Source: a virus
Lineage: Duplodnaviria > Caudoviricetes
IMG/VR virus record: IMGVR_UViG_3300038318_000524
Location: 1-44,690 of that record
Length of the DNA stretch: 44,690 bases
Strand: one strand, 5' to 3'
Position numbers and translations under genes: made by a program. The notes below the pieces were generated by a model, which was given only the letters and a program-made list of their open reading frames with translations, made no database searches and had not been told where the DNA came from. Positions 1 to 7,270 of this stretch are shown one piece after another. Numbering within the stretch: the first letter of the stretch is position 1; each line of letters begins with the position of its first letter.

Positions 1-2295
1 TTATGTACAGCATCGCTCCTCATCCATCATTTTCCTGTAATGCTGATCTTGACCGAGGCATTCAAAGAGCAGCTTGAATACATCTTTGCACTGTTGCGCA
101 TCACCGGCGATTTCCACGAAGTGCATTCCGTCATTATAACCGAAGGACTGGGTGCTCAAATACGCAAGCATGGAATCGGCGAGGTGATATCTTGATCGGT
201 CGGCCTTTTCATCCTCGGGGTTGTCCACCAAGCGGGGGAGGTTTTCCTTGAGGACGGTATCACGAAGCTCGTTACCATCGTACCCGCAAAGCTGGATGCA
301 GTAATATTCCAATATTCTGCGGATAACGCTCAAGGTTGGTATTACAGTTGAAACTTCTCTGAACTCGCTCCACAGTGCCGCATATGAGTTTTGAACGGGC
401 GTGTAATTCTCTCTTTCGGCGGTTTCGTTTTGCGCCGGGCGGGTGCATTCAATTACCGCAGAAATGTTATTTGTTTTGCTTATCAGGAAGAATGACACCG
501 AATCATAATATCTGACCTGATTGTAGCTTATTTCTTTGAAAAAATAGGTGTTATGAGTTAGGACGAAAATCTGCCGAATAAACTCTCCGCCAACGCTTCC
601 GTCTTCGGGATGTATGTAGTGGCGGCAAACTTGAATCATATCCCGCACCAAGGCGCTTATGATAAACAGCGAACCGCTGTCCATGCTTGATACCGGGTCA
701 TCGATGACTACGATTCTGTCTTTTCTTACGCCGCTGTCATCAAGGCTGCCGCGAACCAGATGGTAGAAATACAGGAACGCAATGAAGTTCAGTTCGCCCT
801 CGCTCAGGTTTTCGGCAATGTCACCGTTCTGCCGACGCACCTCATAAACATTCGGATGACCATCCTTTTCGTGCAGCGTGAAGCCCTGAAAACCCGCATC
901 GCGCAGGGTGTTGTTGACGCCCTTAATTGTCGGCTGGGTACTGACGGTATGACGGCTCAGTTCGGTTATATCATCTGCCAACTTATCTGAGGCATCTTTT
1001 GCCGTTGTGATTTCACCCTCAAACCGTGTGATTTCCCCGGAGAGAGCGACATTCCTTGCGTTGTAATCCGAAACCTCGCTGGCAAGCGTGAATGCAATTA
1101 GTTCCCATACCTCATCGGTGCAAGCCTTCTGCTTAGTCGGTCTGTCCGCGATGATGGCATTGTTGGCTTCAATCAGATTATTAAATTCTGCAATGAGCAC
1201 ATTGATTTCGTTACGGATAGTTTGGATGCCGTCAAGCGTAACCACGGAGGACGGCTCCTTTATTTTTTCGGAGATTTTCTTTATATTTCCTTCGACTATC
1301 CGCTTAAGCAACTCAACTTTCGTTTTGTATGCTTCCGTGTCTATCTTGGAATACAAGTCCATTTGAAGATTATTGTCTAAAACGGCAATGTTGGCGTTCA
1401 TCTCTTCCGTGTAAACGGAGAGAAGCTGATTCAGTGAGGCTAAATCGGCCTGATATTGCTCGTCAAAGCACGATGCAATTTTTTCTTCAATGTCCGAAGG
1501 TAGCGGCTGCTGGCAATACGGGCATTTTCCATCCGGCGTATTCGGATAATGCTCATGACCTTGAGTGACCCACGATGCGGCATTCATTGCCTTAACGAAT
1601 CTGGCAAATTCCGTATCGCTGCTGCTTGTGATGGGCTGTCCCAAGAGAGCAAAAGCATTGGAAAACTCGGCCAGTTTGCTTGGTTCGCCAATCAATCTGA
1701 ATTTCGGATAAGAACGGCCGCCATCACTGTTCGCCGTGCTGTACAAATCTTCCAAGGCATTTATACTGTGTTCGACAGGAGTGATTTTTCTGACATTGAG
1801 AGCAAACTGTTGGCTCTTGCCAAAGCCAGACATCGCCTTGGGGAAAAGTTTACGGATGGTTTCGGTACGCTTCCAGCACTTGTCCTTAAAGTCCTCCCAA
1901 AGCTGAGCAGCTTCATCGGACTTTCCCTTTTTCTTCTTTTGCAGTTCCTTTAGTTCGGAGTCTTGGACTTTTTTCTGACCCGTCATTTCACCGACTTTTG
2001 CTTGAATCTCTGCATTTACCTTTCCGATGGTGTATACACCGGGAACATTTCCAAAGCCAGAAAAATTCTGCGTGATGAATTTCTTATCGAAGACCATAAT
2101 TGAATAGTCATCTTCCGAATACCCTTGCTCCCACGACAGTCCTTCATTTTTCTTGATAGCCTCGGCAATGGTGGATTTTCCCGTTCCGTTGTTGCCGTAA
2201 AAGAAATTCACCAGCGTAGGCTTGATTTCAATATCGCTAAAGGTAGCGGTATTGACCCTGATTTTTTGTATTCCATATCGTATTTTTTCTTTCAA
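1..2295 (-). CDS. RloC-like (AAA_13) ABC/Rad50-type ATPase with zinc hook and C-terminal HEPN-like region
   Basis: Walker A GNNGTGKS, coiled coils around CPYCQQ zinc hook, signature LSEGE, Walker B/D-loop VVIDDPVSS, H-loop LTHN, C-terminal IRRILEYY. Confidence 0.85.
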   Translation of the reverse strand: MKEKIRYGIQKIRVNTATFSDIEIKPTLVNFFYGNNGTGKSTIAEAIKKNEGLSWEQGYSEDDYSIMVFDKKFITQNFSGFGNVPGVYTIGKVNAEIQAKVGEMTGQKKVQDSELKELQKKKKGKSDEAAQLWEDFKDKCWKRTETIRKLFPKAMSGFGKSQQFALNVRKITPVEHSINALEDLYSTANSDGGRSYPKFRLIGEPSKLAEFSNAFALLGQPITSSSDTEFARFVKAMNAASWVTQGHEHYPNTPDGKCPYCQQPLPSDIEEKIASCFDEQYQADLASLNQLLSVYTEEMNANIAVLDNNLQMDLYSKIDTEAYKTKVELLKRIVEGNIKKISEKIKEPSSVVTLDGIQTIRNEINVLIAEFNNLIEANNAIIADRPTKQKACTDEVWELIAFTLASEVSDYNARNVALSGEITRFEGEITTAKDASDKLADDITELSRHTVSTQPTIKGVNNTLRDAGFQGFTLHEKDGHPNVYEVRRQNGDIAENLSEGELNFIAFLYFYHLVRGSLDDSGVRKDRIVVIDDPVSSMDSGSLFIISALVRDMIQVCRHYIHPEDGSVGGEFIRQIFVLTHNTYFFKEISYNQVRYYDSVSFFLISKTNNISAVIECTRPAQNETAERENYTPVQNSYAALWSEFREVSTVIPTLSVIRRILEYYCIQLCGYDGNELRDTVLKENLPRLVDNPEDEKADRSRYHLADSMLAYLSTQSFGYNDGMHFVEIAGDAQQCKDVFKLLFECLGQDQHYRKMMDEERCCT

Positions 2296-2325
2296 ACCGC
2301 TACCTCCATTATAGACTGCATTCAG

Positions 2326-2523
2326 TTATTCTTTTATTTTTCCCTCGCGGACCCATTCGTCCACTTCGGATATTTTGAACTTATAGCGCTTTCCGGCACG
2401 ATAGACAGGCAATTTGCCTTCTCTGACCCATGTACGCACAGTATCTTGACTTAAGCTGAGATGCTCGGCGATGTCCTTAAGATTTACCCATTTTTCTGTT
2501 GTGTTTTCGGGTTCTGTGTTCAT
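2326..2523 (-). CDS. Excisionase/MerR-like helix-turn-helix protein (HTH_17 type)
   Basis: 65 aa, LKDIAEHLSLSQDTVRTWVREGKLPVYRAGKRYKF winged-HTH pattern; GGAGG RBS upstream. Confidence 0.85.
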   Translation of the reverse strand: MNTEPENTTEKWVNLKDIAEHLSLSQDTVRTWVREGKLPVYRAGKRYKFKISEVDEWVREGKIKE

Positions 2524-2553
2524 GTGTTAACCTCCATTTGTTAGTAAATCGAT

Positions 2554-3216
2554 TTATAGCTTCAGAATCGGGATTTGCACGCCTGCATCTCGTAATTCTT
2601 CAATCAAGTTGATGCGTTTTATCGTCCAGTGGGTGCAGTTCATTTCATTGAACCTATCAGGCATACCGAGGTTAAGCTCCACAGCCATTGTGTTGATTAA
2701 GTCCTGTGAAACGCTCAACAATTTGCAAAAATAGAACTTAATGTCGTCCTCTTGGATTTTTATATCCGTGATCAGACCGACATAAGCCACATGGCCTTCG
2801 TTATTCTTGCCCCGGTATGTATCATTCTCACTGGCAAACAATGCGGGAAAAGTCTTTATTCTTTCTATTGCCTCCGTCGACATGGATGAATATTCATTTT
2901 TTGTATCAGCGGGTGTGTATTCGGTGAGAGAGCGTTTCTTGGCAATTGTAAAGTGAGAACCATCAAATGATTCTCCGGCTTTTACGAATAGGTTATAACA
3001 ATCGCAGTTCAAACGTCCCAGTGCGCCGATAATGTCAAACTGCCCGGCACCTGTCTGCGGCAGACCGGCAAGAAGTATGTTGAAACAATTATTGACCACA
3101 TCGGCACGGCCGATTTGTGTTCCGTTGTCGCCTGTCTGCGTAAAAGTCATCGGAGCAGGGCTTTGATTTGCCACAGCAATTTCCGCAGACTGAACAGGCT
3201 TTATCTCATTGCTCAA
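2554..3216 (-). CDS. Hypothetical protein with N-terminal RHIM-like motif and C-terminal globular domain
   Basis: 220 aa, TTG start with AGGAGGG RBS; residues 25-43 FTQTGDNGTQIGRADVVNN; C-terminal YNLFV...EYT...FPALFASE...THWTIK. Confidence 0.75.
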   Translation of the reverse strand: MSNEIKPVQSAEIAVANQSPAPMTFTQTGDNGTQIGRADVVNNCFNILLAGLPQTGAGQFDIIGALGRLNCDCYNLFVKAGESFDGSHFTIAKKRSLTEYTPADTKNEYSSMSTEAIERIKTFPALFASENDTYRGKNNEGHVAYVGLITDIKIQEDDIKFYFCKLLSVSQDLINTMAVELNLGMPDRFNEMNCTHWTIKRINLIEELRDAGVQIPILKL

Positions 3217-3229
3217 ATCATTACCCTCC

Positions 3230-4087
3230 TCAGTCGCCGTGTTTTATATTCAAAGTTCCGATACTGCCTATTTGGATTCCGTTATTGCCGTACTGATTAA
3301 ACACAACGGGGTTATTAACGGTCTGTGTTGTGTTCTGCTGCCGGTCATCGGATCGATCATCTGCCGAATCGTCAATAACCGTTTCCTCATAGCCGGGAGC
3401 GGACTCCTCGGCATCCTCCGAAGGAACAGCTTGTTCGATATAATTATAAACATTCAGATTTTGCGTGAAGCCTTTGGATGGTGTCCAGTTTTCAATTGTG
3501 TTTCTGCCGATTTTGTTATCCGGGCGTTGCAGAAGGATATAGTGCCACACGCCAACCAAAAACGCCTGCAGGCAAATGTCTGCAGAAGCCGTCAGTGATT
3601 CTTTGGTAACCGCCGTTCCGTTTTCCAGCGCATAGAACAATGCGTCAGATTCAATAGAACTGTCTTCTGATATTAACTCGATGAGTGCCTCCACAAGGTA
3701 CTCATCTTTTTTTGTGTCTTTTTCCGCATCAAGAAAGGTATCGGTGAACGCCAGCATACGAGAGAGAGCCTCGCCATAATTTGTGCGAACACATTCATCA
3801 AACGAGCGCACCTCACCCGTATCTCCAAAAGGCAGATAAGTGCCGGACGATGCTTTACAATTTTTGAAATCCGAGGTGTTACCCTTAAAAGTCGGGAAGG
3901 TCGATGGTGTTGGCTCTGTATAAGAAGGACTACATACTTTAATTAGGGCTACGAGTGCATTCGGGTCTGAAAGGCCGTCAGACTCACCGCTGTATTTTTG
4001 TCTGGGTCCGATTCTCTGTTTTCGGGCATTCAAGAGCTGCATGAAGAATGTTCCGCCGCAGAGGCAAGGATGCACATTATTTGACAT
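3230..4087 (-). CDS. Hypothetical protein with C-terminal RHIM-like motif after an acidic linker
   Basis: 285 aa, GGAGG RBS; ends FNQYGNNGIQIGSIGTLNIKHGD. Confidence 0.75.
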   Translation of the reverse strand: MSNNVHPCLCGGTFFMQLLNARKQRIGPRQKYSGESDGLSDPNALVALIKVCSPSYTEPTPSTFPTFKGNTSDFKNCKASSGTYLPFGDTGEVRSFDECVRTNYGEALSRMLAFTDTFLDAEKDTKKDEYLVEALIELISEDSSIESDALFYALENGTAVTKESLTASADICLQAFLVGVWHYILLQRPDNKIGRNTIENWTPSKGFTQNLNVYNYIEQAVPSEDAEESAPGYEETVIDDSADDRSDDRQQNTTQTVNNPVVFNQYGNNGIQIGSIGTLNIKHGD

Positions 4088-4106
4088 AGCTTTCCTCCGT
4101 AGAAAT

Positions 4107-4163
4107 TACTATCACTACTAACGCTACTATCGTTACTAACCATAGCACACTAACTCTATTAAC
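4107..4163. repeat. Tandem TACTA(A/T)C direct repeats with 9-bp period
   Basis: Copies at 4107, 4116, 4125, 4134; degenerate copies at 4148 and 4157. Confidence 0.8.
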
Positions 4164-4169
4164 GATTGG

Positions 4170-4204
4170 ATTGCTCTTGTGAGAAGTCACAGGGGCAATT
4201 TTTT
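4170..4204 (+). terminator. Intrinsic terminator-like hairpin in the switch region
   Basis: ATTGCTCTTGTGA-GAAG-TCACAGGGGCAAT (13 pairs including G-U) followed by a T run. Confidence 0.55.
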
Positions 4205-4258
4205 ATTTTACAAGAAGTTTGCTGCCAGAAAACAAACCGCAACAAACCCCACTAAACC

Positions 4259-4287
4259 ATTATATCAGACTTTTATGTAAAAAACAA
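4259..4287 (-). promoter_or_regulatory. SigA-type promoter for the leftward operon
   Basis: Minus strand TTGTTT-17 nt-TATAAT with extended TGn -10. Confidence 0.65.
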
Positions 4288-4371
4288 TCAGACAAGCACA
4301 TCTTCTGTAAAAGTTCATACAGCTTTTCTCCTGTGATTTTCTCACAAATCAAAATCTAAGGAGAAAATCAT

Positions 4372-5088
4372 ATGAAAAATCATCAAAAACAGCACTACCA
4401 CGAGTTCTACATCATGCTGTCGGACGGCAGCAGCATCAAAACCTCCCGCCGCGAGTGCTTTGCACCGGCAGAGCCTGTTACGTCGGACAAGCCGTATCCG
4501 CAAAGATGGTACTACTCCCCGGATCAGCAGATGGCAATCCGTCTCCCCCGCAACGAACTCGGCGAAAAGTTTGGTAAAGACAATGCCGTCGACCTTAAGT
4601 CCGAAGAACGCGAGACAGAACGCAAGAACCTCTGCATCGGACAAACCTCCCATGCAAGCTGCACCGTGACCTGTGCCGAGTGCCATTTTAGCGATTACTG
4701 CGATTCTGAATATCGTGCAAAAAACGGTGTCGGCTGTAAACGCAAATGCGACTGCTGTTCTTCGTATGTTCGCCGCACCCTTGAGCTGGACAAGCCGCTC
4801 GGCTTTAACGACGACGGCGCCGAGGTCACCTTTGATCTTGCAGATGAAACTGCGGATGTTGAGGGTACATATTCCGGCACCGAACAGCGCGATGCAATCG
4901 CTGCGATTATCGCTTCCCTCGATCCCGTTGACCGTGAATTGTGGTTCTGCCTTGTTCGGAAAATCAAAAAGAATGAAGTTGCGGACAGGCTGCACATGAC
5001 CGTTGACGGTGTGTATTATCGGCAGAAAAGATTGGAGCGTATGCTCCGGGAAAATGAAGCCCTAAAAAAGTTTTTTGAGAATTTCTGA
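4372..5088 (+). CDS. Phage sigma-70/ECF-like regulator with Cys-rich segment
   Basis: C-terminal region-4-like HTH (LDPVDRELWF...KKNEVADRLHMTVDGVYYRQKR); central Cys cluster; AAGGAG RBS. Confidence 0.7.
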   Translation: MKNHQKQHYHEFYIMLSDGSSIKTSRRECFAPAEPVTSDKPYPQRWYYSPDQQMAIRLPRNELGEKFGKDNAVDLKSEERETERKNLCIGQTSHASCTVTCAECHFSDYCDSEYRAKNGVGCKRKCDCCSSYVRRTLELDKPLGFNDDGAEVTFDLADETADVEGTYSGTEQRDAIAAIIASLDPVDRELWFCLVRKIKKNEVADRLHMTVDGVYYRQKRLERMLRENEALKKFFENF

Positions 5089-5092
5089 TTTT

Positions 5093-5140
5093 CACTACGG
5101 ATATCGCTCCTTGCCTGTCCAGTACGAGGTGAGGAGCGAT
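5093..5140 (+). promoter_or_regulatory. Dispersed motif A, copy 1 (putative phage-sigma promoter/hairpin)
   Basis: ACTACGG-16 nt-GTCCAGTAC...GTGAGG; near-identical copies at 9225 and 41149. Confidence 0.65.
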
Positions 5141-5201
5141 GCTTCTACATTATGAACGGAGGTAAATCGTATGAAAATCAACGAAAAAGGAGGGCTTGCT
5201 T

Positions 5202-5519
5202 ATGTCGCCGGATAAAGCCCAGCAAATCGGAAACGACCTCGCCTGCATTGCGAGAACCCTTGCGGAATTGGCAAAGGAAATCAAAGCCGAGTATGACTTT
5301 GACCACGATGCCGATGACGAGCCCTTGGAAGAAGAACCTGCAGCGGAAGTCAAGCACCCGGATATTTCGGAGGTGAGAGGGCTTCTTGCCGAAAAGTCGA
5401 GAGCCGGTCACACCGCAGAGGTTCAGGCTCTGCTTGTCAAACACGGAGTCAAGAAACTTTCGGAAGTGCCGCCTGCAGAGTATACGGCGCTAATGGAAGA
5501 AGCGAGGAAGCTGGAATGA
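5202..5519 (+). CDS. Small conserved phage replication-module protein
   Basis: ATG 5202 after AAGGAGGG; C-terminal EVRGLLAEKSRAGHTAEVQALLVKHGVKKLSEV typical of the gene before DUF2800. Confidence 0.7.
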   Translation: MSPDKAQQIGNDLACIARTLAELAKEIKAEYDFDHDADDEPLEEEPAAEVKHPDISEVRGLLAEKSRAGHTAEVQALLVKHGVKKLSEVPPAEYTALMEEARKLE

Positions 5520-6625
5520 GCCATGCACTGCTATCCCCATCCGCAAGCAAAAGGTGGATAGAATGTCCACCCAGCGCAAGGCTCACCGAATTTCTGTCAG
5601 ATACCACTTCGGTCTATGCCGCCGAAGGAACGCTGGCTCACAGCGTAGCGGAAGGTAAGCTGAATCAGCGACTCGGTTACGCAGGCACGAAGCACAAATG
5701 CCAGGATGCCGAGATGGATGAATACACGGATGACTACGTCAATTTCGTTCTTGAACAGGCAGCGGCGCTCACAAATCCGACCGTTTATGTAGAACAGCGA
5801 GTTGACTGCTCCAAGTACATCCCGGAGTGCTTCGGTACCTGCGATGCGCTCATTATATCGGATGGTGTGCTTCATGTCATCGATCTAAAAAGCGGGTACG
5901 TCGAGGTCGACGCGGAAGAAAATGATCAGCTTCGTATATATGCTCTCGGTGCTCTTGCGATGTTTGACTTCCTGTTTGACTTCAACACGGTGAGAATGAG
6001 CATTTTTCAGCCGAAACTCGGCAACTGCTCCACCTGGGAGATTTCCGTAGCTGAACTGACCGATTGGGCGGAAAACACGCTGATACCCGCGGCGCAACTT
6101 GCATGGAACGGCGGCGGCGATTACAAAGCCGGAAGCCACTGTCAATTCTGCAAAGCCAAAGCAGAGTGTCGTAAACGCGCCGAAGCAAACCTTGCTCTTG
6201 CGGTCTATGACTTCACCGACCCGGCGCTGCTGCAAATATGTGAGATATCGGAAATCCTCGGCAAAATCGATGAACTGGTTTCGTGGAGTTCCGATGTTAA
6301 GGAGTTCGCCCTCTCCAAGGCACTGTCCGGCACGAAATTCGACGGCTGGAAAGTAGTCGAGGGAAGAAGCATACGGCATTATTCGGATGAAACCGCCGTG
6401 GCAAAGGCTGTAACGGATATCGGACTCGACCCATATGAACACAAGCTATTCGGAATTACGGCAATGACTTCATTGCTCGGCAAAAAGCGATTTGAAGACA
6501 CTCTTGGCGGCTTGACATATAAGCCCGCCGGCAAACCCGTGCTTGTACCCGTAACTGACAAGCGTAAAGAAATGAACACGGCAGCGGATGATTTCGCTGA
6601 CCCTATCGAAAATATGGAGGATTAA
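5516..6625 (+). CDS. DUF2800 family PD-(D/E)XK (Cas4-like) nuclease
   Basis: HALLSPS..RW..CP start, FGTCD...VIDLKSG, QLRIYA, C-terminal CQFC..K..C. Confidence 0.85.
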   Translation: MSHALLSPSASKRWIECPPSARLTEFLSDTTSVYAAEGTLAHSVAEGKLNQRLGYAGTKHKCQDAEMDEYTDDYVNFVLEQAAALTNPTVYVEQRVDCSKYIPECFGTCDALIISDGVLHVIDLKSGYVEVDAEENDQLRIYALGALAMFDFLFDFNTVRMSIFQPKLGNCSTWEISVAELTDWAENTLIPAAQLAWNGGGDYKAGSHCQFCKAKAECRKRAEANLALAVYDFTDPALLQICEISEILGKIDELVSWSSDVKEFALSKALSGTKFDGWKVVEGRSIRHYSDETAVAKAVTDIGLDPYEHKLFGITAMTSLLGKKRFEDTLGGLTYKPAGKPVLVPVTDKRKEMNTAADDFADPIENMED

Positions 6626-6629
6626 TATC

Positions 6630-7211
6630 ATGAAAAACACTGTAACTAACGCAAATCCCTGCAAGGTCATAACCGGTCTCGCTCGTCTGAGCTATGCCAA
6701 CATCTGGACTGCAAAGAGTATCAACGGAGGCACACCGAAGTTTTCTACCAGCGTTCTGATTCCGAAGTCCGACACTGCTACCGTCCAGAAAATCAAAGCG
6801 GCGATTCAGGCGGCTTATGACGAGGGCGAAAGCAAGCTCAAGGGCAACGGCAAGTCCGTACCTGCTCTCGCGACACTGAAAACTCCCTTGAGAGATGGGG
6901 ATGTTGAACGCCCGGACGATGAGGCATATGCGGGTCACTGGTTCATCAACGCCAACAGCAATACTGCCCCCGGCGTCGTGGACATCAACCGTCAGCCCAT
7001 CCTCGATACCAGCGAAATCTACTCTGGCGTTTATGCCCGTGTGTCGCTTTCTCTGTATGCGTTCAACAGCAACGGAAATCGAGGAATCGCCTGTGGGCTT
7101 CAGAACATCCAGAAGATTAAGGATGGTGCGTCTCTCGGCGGCAAGGCTAACGCCGAAGACGACTTCAATGACGATTTTACAACTGACGCAGACGAGGATT
7201 TCCTTTCATAA
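6630..7211 (+). CDS. DUF2815 family ssDNA-binding protein (T7 gp2.5-like)
   Basis: RLSYANIW, LRDGD, YSGVYAR, GIACGLQNIQK; acidic aromatic C-tail; GGAGG RBS. Confidence 0.85.
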   Translation: MKNTVTNANPCKVITGLARLSYANIWTAKSINGGTPKFSTSVLIPKSDTATVQKIKAAIQAAYDEGESKLKGNGKSVPALATLKTPLRDGDVERPDDEAYAGHWFINANSNTAPGVVDINRQPILDTSEIYSGVYARVSLSLYAFNSNGNRGIACGLQNIQKIKDGASLGGKANAEDDFNDDFTTDADEDFLS

Positions 7212-7228
7212 ATCCATTATTCTCGGTT

Positions 7229-7264
7229 GGTGGCGGAGGGTTATCCTTCCGCCGCTTTCCTTTA
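7229..7264 (+). terminator. Hairpin/terminator after SSB
   Basis: GGTGGCGGAGGG-TTAT-CCTTCCGCCGCT followed by TTCCTTT. Confidence 0.55.
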
Positions 7265-7270
7265 TAGGCG

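Noticed and set aside
5516-6625. Cas4-like nuclease suggesting a CRISPR system
   Set aside because: No repeat-spacer array or other cas gene seen; it is a standard DUF2800 replication-module nuclease.
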